A stretch of DNA of 63,888 nt, counting the filler, from Choristocarpus tenellus KU-1152 (Eukaryota > Protista > Phaeophyceae): NCBI GenBank assembly GCA_964200185.2. It is 10 parts of 10 records of this genome, joined end to end, with 100 filler letters (N's around TTAATTAATTAA, not from the genome) between each part and the next. Parts side by side here need not be neighbours in the genome. Positions count along the whole stretch, not along the records: positions 1 to 13,710 come from CAXNAD020001400.1; positions 13,811 to 16,842 come from CAXNAD020022809.1; positions 16,943 to 20,338 come from CAXNAD020020317.1; positions 20,439 to 27,395 come from CAXNAD020006972.1; 6 more parts are not named here. One strand, 5' to 3'. A program made the translations under genes and the position numbers. The notes beneath the pieces were generated by a model. The model worked only from the letters and a program-made list of their open reading frames with translations. It did no database searches and had not been told where the DNA came from. This document shows positions 13,230 through 25,400 of the stretch, one piece after another (the stretch's first letter is position 1; every line of letters starts with the position of its first letter).

Positions 13230-13710
13230 CTTGCATCACAAGGAGTTATGCCAGTGACATGGTGGGCATAGGTAGGGTGGGGTAGATTGTAGAGTGTTCT
13301 CAGTGGGACTTGAGAAATTAGAAAATGGCAGTGTGAGGTAGGAGGGTAGAGGGAGGCATGAGAAGGAGACCATAGGAGGGCAAGAGGGAAGATGCTCCTG
13401 AGATATCGGAGGGCATTGTTGTGCCATTGAGCAACCAAACAAGAGCGTGGGCAGGAGGACATGAAGAAGACTACACAAAGAGCAGCAGAGGGAAGTTGGA
13501 GAGGACAAGAAGGAGGAGGAAGAGGAGGAGGAGGAGGGAGAGGAAAGGGCAAGTCAGAGAAACTAGTTGTTTGAATCCAGAGCACAAAGGTATTCTTTTG
13601 TGATGGAATGAAAGACAAGCATTGACCACTTCATGTGTGGCTAGGTCTTCAACTACCTAGATCCAAATCAACATGTAACCCAAAGTATCTGGGGGGGGGG
13701 GGGGGGGGGG

Positions 13711-13810
13711 NNNNNNNNNNNNNNNNNNNNNNNNNNNNNNNNNNNNNNNNNNNNTTAATTAATTAANNNNNNNNNNNNNNNNNNNNNNNNNNNNNNNNNN
13801 NNNNNNNNNN
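13711..13810. other. Artificial contig spacer (first of nine)
   Basis: 44 N + TTAATTAATTAA (stops in all six frames) + 44 N. Identical spacers at 16843-16942, 20339-20438, 27396-27495, 32219-32318, 36508-36607, 45217-45316, 54950-55049 and 59995-60094. Confidence 0.98.
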
Positions 13811-14720
13811 GGTAAAGTACTTTTTGAGCTTGCCCCCCCCCACCCCCCCCCCCCCCCCCCCCACCCCGCCCATTGTGAGCGCATCTGAACTGTTGATGTT
13901 TGTCATTTTTAATTAACTTAGATGATACAACCTCACCTCCTCTGTGTTGTATTCTGCTTCAACCCCTCGATGTATGCTCTCGACTGAAGAGTACGTAGCC
14001 ACCTCTAGAACCACTGTAGTAGTTTTGAATGGGTTATGGCAGGCGACATTTTTGATTGTTGGTCTAATACACCAAATGAAGGTCTTTGTTACCAAGTGCA
14101 GTAGTATTTTTCTAATTAGAAAGTTTGGACTTGATGACAAGCAGTTGTAGTGTTTTTGAACTATATTTTCTGGTTGCAATATATTATACTTCAGAGTAGG
14201 TATAGAGTGCAAAGTATGCTATTGTTTCCTTTGTCATTCAAATTTAAATTTAAATGTGTATATATATATATTGTGGTGGTTACGGAGGGGTGTCGTTTGA
14301 TTAGCCATGATCAAGAGGCACTTAAGAATAATTTTCAGTCCCTCTACGACATGGTATGTTGTATGTTGAATGTTGAATGTTGAATGCTGTCGGGATAAAG
14401 TCCAGAATAATAATGTAAATTTTGTCTTTTGTAGTTCACATCGTAGACTTGGAAAAAGTGTGGGTGGGCTTTGATTAAAGACCTTTCTTTTTTAACACAT
14501 GGTGCTTACAGCATACACACACACACGCATCTATATATAATATATAATATATAATATATATTAGCAAACGACAGTACAAAATCGAAGGGGTTTTTCTGCA
14601 ATTTTTTTTGGGGGGACATTTTTACTGTTAGGGTTAGGGTTAGGGTTATCTATAAGATACCTCTAACCATGTCTCTTTCCTGCTTTCCCTGCCGGATGTC
14701 ACCGTGTGCTTCTCCCTGCA

Positions 14721-16799
14721 GACCTTTTGGGATTCAGTTTTAGGGATCACTATTCTTGTCCTGCTCCAGAGGCTTTTCTGGACCCACATCAACCAAGTGA
14801 CCCCCCCCGAAAGCACCTTGCCGTGATAGCTGATCTTCCTCCACCCCCACTCTTACGGCCACAGTGGCAGAGAGTGGTGTGGGGACCCCCAGCAATGGAG
14901 GTGGCCAGGGGTGGCAAGCTTGAGATACAGGTGGGAGTGTGTGGTCTAAGTGATGGGTGGGAGTGTAAGAAGCATTTGTAGACAATGGGATGGCCAAACA
15001 TTGCATGGGGCAGACCCTGCATTGGGGGTAGAGGAGCTGGGAAGTGGGCGATTGGGGTGGTGGGGAAGGCTATACTATGGTCAGGACTGTGCCAAGGGAA
15101 CAGAGCACCAAGGCAGAGGTCCATGGTGTTCCAATTTCCAATGCCATGCTGGTTGTCCTTCAGTACAATGGACAGTGTCTTATAGTTGGGTTCTATTTAT
15201 GTTACCCTGCTCTGTCTCCCCACTCATTGTGCCGGGGTTGGGGTTGAGGTTGGTGCAGGTGTGGGCGAGGGAGACTGGTTCAGAGGACAGGGCTTGGGGG
15301 CTGAGAAGGTGGCGGAGAGGGTCAGCCAGGGCAGGGGTTGGGGGAGGGCTTGAGCAGGTGGATTCTTCAGACGGATCTTGGCTGGTTGGTTTTGCTTCCT
15401 TGGATGGGACAGATGTGAGATTTCTCTGCTGCTTCTTGTCTTGCAAGTTCCTCTTTTGTTGGTCAGAGTTGTTACGATCTTGCTGGCAGACGCATGTACA
15501 GTATCATCTTATGAAAATTATTTTGGTGTTTTTAGTCAGCACCAAGGTGTAGAAATCCTCTCATCCCACCCTGCCCTCTTGAAGCCTTTACCCCTTATCC
15601 CTCCACTCATTCAGTCATCCTCCCCCCCTCCCCACCCCTCACTGGAACACTCCATGAAGGTATGTCGCTTGGTCACTGGAAGGGCAGTGGAACTACCCCT
15701 CCGTAAGCCATCACCACCTAAACGAGGGACCTCTCCAGAGACTAGTAGAGGAAAAAAGACACGAAGGGTCTCAGGGTTAGGGTTGGCGCTAGGTTTAGGA
15801 CTGGGACTGGGATCAGGACCAGCACAGGGAATGGTAGAGAACTTGAGGGCAGTTGGAAGCACTGCAGTTCAGGTGGGGCAAGTCCTGCCTTCAGCACGCT
15901 GGTGGGGTTGGAAGTGGGGGTTGGGGTGGCTGGGTTGGTGGATGCTGCGGTGGTCATCGGGCCAACCAGTGGGAAGGCACTGCTGTTCATGTGTAAAGAG
16001 GGGGCAAACTGTTAAGGGACTGAATAGAGCAAGGGTGAAGGTAGTCAGGAGGTCTGTGCCAGTGGGCTGTGGTGGGGCATCTGTGTCAGCAGGGTTTGTT
16101 GTCTGTGGTAGGGTTAGAGGTTGTTGGTGTGGACATTGTTGTTGTTGTGGTGGTGGTGGGTTAGTTAGGGCATTGACAACACGCATGGGTAAGGAGACAA
16201 CATCTGACGGGAGGGGGTATCAGTTGAACAGGAAAGGGACTGGAACAGGGGAAGGAGCTCAGGTCCACAGGGACCTCAGCGTAGATTTTGGTAGTGATGA
16301 GGCTCTTGGCAGAAGTTGTGAGGGTGGGAGAGGGGGGAAGGGGGGAGGAAGTGGCAGCGTTAGGCAGGAGAAGATTGTTGGAGAAGGGGCAGGGAGGGTG
16401 GCTGAGAAGAGCAAAGGGCCAGGAGGTATGTCTCGTTGGTTTCGAGTCCTGGGGAGAGAAGAGGGAGAAGTGTTTTCAGCCAGAACAGCGAGGTGTTCAT
16501 CCCTTGACATTTTAACTCAGAAGAAAGGACTTCTTGCGCAGGGGGGAAGGGGAGGGAGGGAGGAGACTTCGGGGTCCTTGGTTGATTTGGATGAGGTGAG
16601 AAGGGAGCAGCAGGTGCTGTGGATAGCACAGGCGGAGGGAGCAGGAGGAGAGGGAGTGGAGATTGTTGGCAGCGTGAAGGTGTCGCTAGGGCTGCGAGAC
16701 AAGTCCATGGTGTTGATGAGGGTGTTGAGGCAGTGGAATATGGGCAGGGATGAGGCATCAGTACTGCAGCGGAGGGCTGCACAGGAGGAGGCTAGGAGG
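14721..16799 (+). CDS. Internal exons of a large Gly/Arg-rich protein with C2-domain-like strands
   Basis: Exons 14721-14930 (..GGKLEIQ|gtggga), 15259-15414 (VWARE..WLVGFASLDGTD|gtgaga) and ~15540-16798 (an open ~420-codon exon ending AQEEARR|gtgtga). LEIQVW...LVGFASL...GSVKVSL resembles C2 beta-strands. Confidence 0.55.
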
Positions 16800-17199
16800 T
16801 GTGAGAGAGAATGGGGGGGGGGGGGGGGAACGGAAAAAGTGGNNNNNNNNNNNNNNNNNNNNNNNNNNNNNNNNNNNNNNNNNNNNTTAATTAATTAANN
16901 NNNNNNNNNNNNNNNNNNNNNNNNNNNNNNNNNNNNNNNNNNCGGACCCTTAAAAAGTGCCAAAACATTTCCAAAAAAAGGACATATCTCGGGCCCTTCC
17001 AAGTGCAAAAACAGTTGCAAAAAAAAACCTTTCGGTACTTTTTCAAGACCGTTTTCGCAGAACGACCATCCTCATAGCCCCGCTCCATCCTCAATTTATA
17101 AAATCCGCTGTTCTATGTACTTGTAGAATTACTACGATCATTCGCAGTAAAGTACTACTACTTCTAGTATTGTATTCAGTTGTATGCTTTCCCACAAGA

Positions 17200-17915
17200 G
17201 AGCCCAACTAATTGAGAGGTAGGCAGGGCTGCATTTTAACCAGACTGTGTTGTGTTATGTTTTGTTGCCTTTTCCCCTCTATATTTCTTGCTTGATCTAC
17301 ATGGCAATTCCTTAGTGGCCAAAATAATATAATAACTCTCTATTGTAATGTCTACTGGCAGACATTGCAGAGATGTCATGTAGGAAAGACAAAAAAGGAT
17401 CAATCAAACCACCTGAGAGGTAGGCAGGGTTGCCTTCTGAGGATCGTAAGGATAAAAAGATGCTATTATCCACAATTTTATAAATAGTATGTGCTAAATT
17501 GTGGTAACATTTTGACTGCGGGAAGGGAGTATCCATTTCGTGTATAATATTGTGCGCGTAGAGCAATAATGGAATAGGCCGTATAACACAGGGTAAGTAA
17601 GAAAGATGGCTTTGAATTAAAAATGGTCCAAGTCTGCCTACCTCTCAATTGGTTGGGCGAAAACATGAAGGAAAGCAAATAACATACGGTACAAATATAT
17701 TGTGCGAGGTAGGCAGGATTGCATTTTAAAGATCCTGAGAAAGGGGAGAAAAGACTTTGGTTGGTTAATTGTGGAGTCACTTCTGTGTGGATAGAGGAAA
17801 TATTGGGTTTGCGTATACTACTATGGAAGAAATGAAATAGGGTGTGTTCCACAGGGTAAGAATATTGACTTTGAAAAAGGGTCAAAACCTGCGTACCTCT
17901 CCATTATTAGTTCAA
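17200..17915. mobile_element. Cluster of MITE family D (one left end and two near-complete copies)
   Basis: GAGGTAGGCAGG at ~17216, ~17416 and ~17705. The inverted CTGCCTACCTCTC occurs at ~17634 and, with one mismatch, at ~17889. Homologous to 62363-62605. Confidence 0.75.
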
Positions 17916-18404
17916 CGTACACGGTCATGTTATATTATTTATGTTGTATATTTCCGTTTATTTTATTTGTCCATTTTGATGTAGGAGAGAGAAGAATAAA
18001 CTACTTTTTTTAGTGACGGTTTTTAGAGTCAAGTAAAGACAAATAAAAATCGTGGTGAAAATATGTTATATTTTAAGTATGTGAGATGTGTATTTTGATT
18101 CAGTTCCCTTTGGTGACGCGTATTTTCTCTATCATTCGTTTATTCTAGAGTGTATTATGTTTCTCAGTTTTTGTTACTTAATTTTGCCGAGCATGACGAA
18201 ACAATTCTTTAGACCTAAGACTAACATCAAGAAGACTAGAACATTAGAAAGTTTTCCCAATGTGTGTTTGTGATATGTAGTAGATCGTAGTCTCTTGTTG
18301 TGAATTTTTGAACTGAGTATATATTCTGAAGATGACGAAACAAATATTTCTCATCCTTGTGACGGGGACGATGGAAGCATCACCCCCCACAAGTGAACGA
18401 AGAC

Positions 18405-19622
18405 ATGGAGGGCGATCGTCTTGGCAGGGTGATGTGCTTGTCAGTGCCGTCTGGGTCCTGGGTTTCTCCGAAGCAACTCAGTGAAATCCTCCTCACATGC
18501 TTGGCGGTATGCGCGGAATGTCGGAACACCGCTACCTTTCACATCAAGATCTCGAATGTGGTATCACTCCAGGTGCTTGAGGACGATGGTGACCTACAGA
18601 AGGCAGAGAAGCAGGGTCTTGTCTCACGTGTGCCACGCCCACGGGTCCATGAGTTGACCTGGCAGCTGAAGGACTTAGGATTGCTGGAAACTACATTTCG
18701 CAATAAGCATTGGCAATCGGGGTTACAAGCACTGACCTTTGGAGATGACTTCAATCACCCGGTGAATGGGGTGATGTGGCCGGCAAACCTCCTGCGCTTG
18801 ACCTTTGGTAAGAAATTCAACCAGGCTGTGAAGGGGGTGATTTGGCCTGCTAGACTCCTACAGCTGACCTTTGGGGTTAACTTCGACCAGTCAGTGGAAG
18901 GGGTTGCCTGGCCGACAGGACTACAACAGCTAACATTCGGTGTACGTTTTGACCAAGAAATACATGCAGTGGTATGGCCCCCCAGGCTCCGACGACTAAC
19001 ATTTGGGTGTTCTTTTGACCAGATGGTAGATGAGGTGGTGTGGCCAGCAGAGCTGCAGCAACTGAAATTTGGCGTGCGTTTCAATCAGGAGGTCGATAGG
19101 GTTGTGTTGCCAGCCGGGCTTGAGCAGCTGGATTTTGGATGGAATTTCAATAAGCATATTGAAGGTATTATGTGGCCGGTTGGACTCCAGCGACTGATCT
19201 TTGGGTGCAGCTTTAACCGGGCTGTTGACAGGGTGATGTGGCCGACTGGGCTAAGAGAGCTGACTTTCGGGAGGAATTTTAATCAAGTGATAGATGGAGT
19301 TGTGTGGCTAGCTGGGCTCCAGCAGCTGAATTTTGGGTTGGGTTTCGATCAGGCAATAACTGGTGCTGTTTTTCCAGCTGGGCTCAAGCAGCTGTCCTTC
19401 GGATATTATTTTAACCAGCCAGTAGATGGGGTTGTGTGGCCCACAGAACTCCAGGTGGTAACATTTGGGCATTGCTTCAACCAAAAGGTGGATGGGATCG
19501 CGTGGCCGACAGGGCTACAGGAGGTAATTATGACGCATGACCATATACTCCATTGCAATAGAGACAGGATAAAGTTTCCAAGCGAGCTCAGGGTGATAAT
19601 TGATAGAGAGAAGTATGTATGA
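18405..19622 (+). CDS. Intronless FNIP-repeat (LRR-like) protein
   Basis: Twelve 22-aa (66-bp) units WPxxLxxLxFGxxF(N/D)QxVxGVx from 18711 to 19502, plus a capping unit. First in-frame ATG at 18405, stop TGA at 19620-19622. Confidence 0.92.
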   Translation: MEGDRLGRVMCLSVPSGSWVSPKQLSEILLTCLAVCAECRNTATFHIKISNVVSLQVLEDDGDLQKAEKQGLVSRVPRPRVHELTWQLKDLGLLETTFRNKHWQSGLQALTFGDDFNHPVNGVMWPANLLRLTFGKKFNQAVKGVIWPARLLQLTFGVNFDQSVEGVAWPTGLQQLTFGVRFDQEIHAVVWPPRLRRLTFGCSFDQMVDEVVWPAELQQLKFGVRFNQEVDRVVLPAGLEQLDFGWNFNKHIEGIMWPVGLQRLIFGCSFNRAVDRVMWPTGLRELTFGRNFNQVIDGVVWLAGLQQLNFGLGFDQAITGAVFPAGLKQLSFGYYFNQPVDGVVWPTELQVVTFGHCFNQKVDGIAWPTGLQEVIMTHDHILHCNRDRIKFPSELRVIIDREKYV

Positions 19623-20118
19623 GGAAGGATCGAGAGGTATTTTCTACATTTTCATTTTTTCTGCTCGATGTAGTGTGAGAGCAGTTGGGCTTCAAATACT
19701 TAGTCATGAATGGTAACTTTCCTCTCTTCGATACGAATTTTTACACGATTGAAGCAGATTGTCGGCACTTTGTACTATTAGCAGCAATAAATCCACAAGT
19801 AGCAGTTTCAACTGCGGTTGGGGTAGCCTGGAGGAGGCAGATGTGGTCAGATCTGCAGCTCAATTTGGGGCATTCCAGTATCCTGACTGAGTAGAGTGGC
19901 GTCATGTTTTTCAATGGTTTAGAAGGGGTGTCATTGTATTTACACTAAAAATACTGTTGTAAGCAACATAGACCCTGTTCTCGCTGTGCTTGCTTTTTGC
20001 CTCGTATGTTTTTGAATCCCCTCTGACAGCAGTTGCAAAATGTCAGTGGGCATGTAGTGGCGTAGTGCTAGTTGTGGTACTTGTCCGCATAGCATTGATT
20101 GCAATTTTTGTCAGATAT

Positions 20119-20292
20119 GGCTCAAAGTATATGGGGGGGGGGATGGCCGCTGTCCATTTGAGGGCAACTTTTTCATGTCGCAATTTCTGAGTGATTTGGT
20201 TGAGTACGTCGGATGGATAATGTACATGCACTTCTCCTGATTTTGACCCAAATAGGCACCCTGGTGTACGGCGCCCCCCCCCCCCCCCCCCC
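20119..20292. mobile_element. MITE family A (reverse orientation, runs into contig end)
   Basis: GGCTCAAAGTATATGGGG...TTTTCATGTCGC...CACCCTGGTGTA followed by poly-C. Confidence 0.85.
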
Positions 20293-20899
20293 GCAGTCCC
20301 CGCTGCCGCTCCTCCCCCCCCCGCCCCCGCCTTCCTACNNNNNNNNNNNNNNNNNNNNNNNNNNNNNNNNNNNNNNNNNNNNTTAATTAATTAANNNNNN
20401 NNNNNNNNNNNNNNNNNNNNNNNNNNNNNNNNNNNNNNCTTGTTTGCGTTGATCGGACAGTCAGTGGTGAAGATGGAGAATCATACCACAGGGGGGGGGA
20501 GGGGAGAGAGCTTGCAAATGAACATGCTGCTTTTGTAGTTGTCTTGAAGAGGTTCGCGTAGTGCTTGACTTCCTTCACCTGAATTTATGTGAAGTGACAG
20601 GGGGGTGCATGAAAATAGCATAACAGCCCCTCCTTACCATCCCTCCTGATGTGGTACACAGACAAATTGGAGGAAATGGTCGTGGATGTGAATTGTGCTT
20701 GAAAACGGTCCACTCCTCAGCACAAAAATTGGACAGAAAAGGGCTATCTGTTGTACCCTGCCAAGAAACTTGTGGAAGTTTACACATGTCCATGAGACTT
20801 TGAATATCCCTCTTGAAGAACTCCCTCTCTACTTTCCTAGTGTCAATATCCAACCTTTTCAGAGGTAATCATGAAGGATGCCTGATTGGGGAAGCTCAC

Positions 20900-22108
20900 C
20901 GATCACACTGTTTAGCCACTAGCAGTCCCACGTCTACCACAGCCTTCCCCACGGCCTTGAATACCTTGGAAAATCCAGGGAGTTGATCATCTGGCCTGGC
21001 AAAGGCATGAGTGGAAGTTTGGACACAGTTTAGGACTATGAAATAAAGATGGTTATATGTGACAAAAAGGAGAGAGGACCTGGTGGGGGTGACATCTTTT
21101 AGGCATGTCGCTTGAGGAACTAATAAATGTCCATACCTAAAGGTACGTCCTCGATTAATCTCCAATTAAAGAAGCTCTTTTCATTTTCCCCGCTTTGTGC
21201 TTGTCCTCCATTTCTTCTTCCGTTGTCTTCACCAGTCTCCCAAACACAGACACTCATACCTCCTTCAGGCCACTCCCACTTTCTATCACCATGCCGCAGC
21301 AGCCAAGGACGCATTTCAGATCACAGATACGCGAAGCACACACCTCATTCCTACCTACACCTCAAACGAACGGCCCCATGGCATCCACAGTACTCCAACT
21401 CTCACCAGATATTTGGGTGAATGAAGGAAGGGTACTTTGTGATCAGGGCTGGGTCATCCACTGGAGCATCTATTATGGGGTTAGCATAAAAACAGCTCTT
21501 CCCGAGATCAGGCCTTCCGGAGACAAGGGTCTCGCGCCCATGACTCCACCCAAAGTTGAACGAGCTGGACGGATGCTCATAGCCGGCCAGGACCCCCTCT
21601 GGAAGAGTAGATAGTCTGTGAGAATGAAAGAGGGATGAATGGAGTCCCGGAGCATAAAAAAATATTTAAGGGAAGCGTGATTGGGGTTTCTTCGGTAAGC
21701 GCCCCTCATCTTTCGCATAAGGAACCTACTTGTACGCCATCTGAAAGAGCTCTTTCCGCAGTTCCTCCAGCCCTGGCACCCCTGTGACGGTTAATATACC
21801 CAGACCTTCTCGCCCGAAGGCTGCGCCTATCATCTCTGAGAGATCAACGCCACTTGCGAGATCCTCATGCCTGTCGGGCAATGGATTGAGCTGTCAAAGT
21901 GAGTAACACTTTCAAGGCATCTCCACAAGAGCAAAACGTGACAAAGCACTGCAATGTCCCACCTCACGATCATGTGAGCAACAAGAATGGGGAGGAATAA
22001 TTCCCACAACAAGGAAATAACAGAGGTAACAATTTCATGCATAATCAGAGAGATCAAAACTCTACCTGCCCCTTACCTCACACACACCACCTCGTTTTCA
22101 AAATTCAT
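20900..22108 (-). CDS. 2OG-Fe(II) oxygenase superfamily protein, N-terminal part (3' truncated)
   Basis: Exons 22108-22077 (MNFENEVVCVR), 21870-21730 (HEDLASGVDLSEMIGAAFGREGLGILTVTGVPG), 21615-21406 (FNFGWSHGRETLVSGRPDLGKSCFYANP...HPNIW) and 20995-20900 (PDDQLPGF..VVDVGLLVAKQCDR). All phases match. AFG..GLGI.V, GWSHG.E and FYANP are motifs of a conserved IPNS-like family. Confidence 0.88.
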
Positions 22109-22421
22109 ACTAGGAAGAAGTTTGAAGGCCTACTAAAACACAATCCAAGTTATTTAAAAGAAGGTTTTAACTATCATTTTCATTTACTTGTACCATAAGG
22201 CATTTTCAAACATGCCTTGTTTCGACATATTTTATTCTGTTTTCGTGTATGGTTTACTTACTAAAAGGGGTTTAAAGGGGCTTAATCACAAACAAAAACA
22301 GAATTCATGGATTCGTTGTGATGCTGTCAATCTGACCAGGTCTTCAATTAGAAAGTCCACTTGGCGTTCAAGGATCTTGGCCTCATAACGGCCTCCTCCT
22401 TGAGGCGGGCGTCACTGGCTG

Positions 22422-25400
22422 ATGGAGTCGAAGCAAAATGTCGCCTCTTATGCACAACTGGAGGAGAATGCCAGCCTCAGTGAGTGTTTGATCTCTGGTA
22501 ATTGCACTTTCTTTTCAGTGGGAGTGCATCAACATCATCTTCATTTAGGGGGTTTACTCCCCTAGACTCTGGCTTATCCTCCCACAGACTACTTGTCTAA
22601 TGATTCAGTTGTACATAGTTGTTCCGTTTTCCACCCTGCGCCCTTTGACCACACCTATCCCGACTTTCCCGCATCGCGCCAAGAACTGACAACCTTCTCC
22701 CCACCCCAGATTCTTCTGACGGTACCAGCTATGGAAGCGTGGCTTATGACTCTCTGTCGGCGTCGGCAATGCTGGATATGGCGTCAGACGTTGAGGTTTG
22801 CAGACAAAATATTTCGTGGTGGTTGGTCTCATTGCACCTTTCCCGAAAATGTATCTGGTGCAAACGGACTAGGACAGACTGCATGTGTCGATGGTGCTGG
22901 ATTTTTTTCGTCGTGCACTGATAATGTGTAGGTAACCCTTTAAATCTAGTTCCCGATTCAGCCTTAAATCTCCACCATATCCTCCAGTGGGTCTGTCCAT
23001 ATGTCTGCACTTACCTAGATTATTTCAATCTACACTGCCCTTTCCTCTCCCCTATGTTGTTTTCCGTTCAGATGATAAGACCTCGCAAGTTTCGTTTCAA
23101 GCCTACCCGAAAAGTAACTGCTTGGCCACTACGCCTGATGCCGCACGCCACATCTGCCACTGAAGGGATCCTCAGCTGCCGTTGCGTGGTTACAGCAGTA
23201 GCAATGAAGGTACGCCTGGTAGAGTTTAGGGATAAGTCTTCACTCGTAAGCGCAAACCGTAGTCACTAACAATTCTCAATCGATGAAACAGCGATTACTT
23301 CGTGGCTGCAATAGCTGAGGTCTATTCGGAATCCAGGGAATGCGTTTGTCCTTCAAACACTTTGCCTGTCAGATTAAGCAATTTCATATCATCTGTTTCA
23401 AAACAGTGCCTTCCTCCCTCTAAACACATGCACTCTGTGTTTTTCCAAGCATACCACAGCAAAGACGCTCCCAGGAGAATAACTGAGAGGTATACATATT
23501 TTGGCTCCTTTGCATTGTATGCTTTTCTTAAATCCTGTGCAATACAACCTGTTTTCATGCTTTATGTACAAATCATAAGCCTCAAAAAACAAAAAAACGA
23601 AGGTATCACAGTAGAATAGAAAAGAGAAAAAAAATCATCACCAAAGATTTCAGGCACTCTACTTAAAATACTCAATTAGCATCACTACTAGTGCTTTGCC
23701 CGTACTCAATCCAGAGTCTACTTCACCTGATGAGCCAAGTCTAATCTTGACCCTGATCATGGTCCGAGCCTCACCCCTCACCCAAATTATCCCAGCCCAT
23801 ATCCTACTCCAGCCCTATCAATGTCACCCCCAAGTAACCATTAACCTAACCTCAATGCTACTCCTAATAACTGCCGTTCAACCCTCAATCAAATCTCATT
23901 CTCCCTACCACACAAAACACTTGTTGTGGACGACATTCTTTCACCCCAGGGTTCCTGGCTCAAAATACAGCTCAGTGGAGGGAAGGAAGGCTGGGTACAG
24001 AGGAAGCTTGTGGATGGAACCGTGATTCTTTCTGAGTGCAACCAATACCGTCGGTAAGACTGATTTTGTGTTGTCAAATTGATGACCTGTAGAAGGGGGG
24101 CTAGATTGGAGCAAGGGGGGAAATCTCTTTACGTTGAAAGGGCTTTGGCGAAAACAATTTTTTTCTTTGAATTTTCTAGAGTTTATACTCGGGTTGACGC
24201 TGCTGCTGGTTTGTGGAACCTGGGACGTGTCGGCTTCAAAGATGAGAGTGCCTTGAACAAGAGATCAGGTTGAACAGGAAAGCAGGTTGGCACTAACCTC
24301 AAGAGTCATAGCTGGATCTGCAGGAACAGGAGAGTTGAGAGTGGTTGAGAAAGGATGTACTCATGGGCAGTACATGCACAAAAAACACTCCACTAAGGAG
24401 GGAAAGAAATCAACCCTTTCCTTGAAGGGGTCCATGATCCTGGCCCCCCGGTGCTGAAACTCGAGAGAGTGAGTAGACTCTCCTCAGCCCCTTACAAGCA
24501 TTTGTAGACGAATAATACTAGTGGAATTCGTAAAGGAAGGAGCTATTCAAAACTACCAGAGAGGTTACTGGGTGAGACAAGGGTGGTGGTCCAGAGGTCA
24601 TAGTAGAGACAATGCGAAAGAGATGAGTTCTGCCTTTTTGGTGTGGAAATTTTCAGTATCAAGAAAGTTCTTTGCCTCCAAGCAAGAAGGGGGGAAGGTG
24701 GACAGAACGATGGGGGACTGTGGACTGGACATAGGTTTGATTCGTCCATGTCAGGCGATATGTCATGATAAACAAGTGGGGGATATAGTGCCTTCCTATT
24801 AGCCTACTGTAACAAAGACTGCCATATGTTGTTGAAGCTTGTAAGTTATGAGGCTTGTGGATCACTAGGTGATGTCACATGTCAAGTGTGTGCATGGCAT
24901 AGACTGGAGGGGTGTTGTGGTTAATTCACAAATCTCCACATGATGTTGGATCCGTTGATAGGATCCTGGAGGGGTTGCGTTGATAACACTTCCCTTACAA
25001 CCCCGAACAAACAAGAAAGTGATGACGGCCATGTTCTCATCTTTGCAGGGGACTGGATTTTGTGAGTGAAGGGAAAATCAATTGGGGACTTTGCACTGGA
25101 TACTGTTGGGATGTTGTGGAGGGCATTTTCAACCTGTATTGAGAATTTTGATGCTGTGGCACTGAGAGAGTGTGGCGTAGCCCATTCAAGGTGTATAATA
25201 TGGACCTGAGGTTTCTGCTGGATGACAGTCTGAGTTTGCTACATATGGGGATAGTGGCGCACCAGCGTTGCCGATATTTTTTTTTTAATGGCTGAATGCT
25301 TCTAAGGTGCAGATGGCAACAACTAGGGTCAAGATACGCTTTTTTTATGATGTCATCGACTCCCAACGATCAGGACCTCTCATAAAACTTGGCAAATGTA

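Noticed and set aside
13755-13766. TTAATTAATTAA palindromes recurring through the window
   Set aside because: They are always centred in 44+44 N and are an assembly linker, not biology. ORFs ending in X..LIN are artefacts of it.
22062-22080. CTACCTGCCCCTTACCTC as a family D MITE end
   Set aside because: It is better explained as the first-intron donor (GAG|GTAAGG) of the 2OG oxygenase gene on the minus strand.
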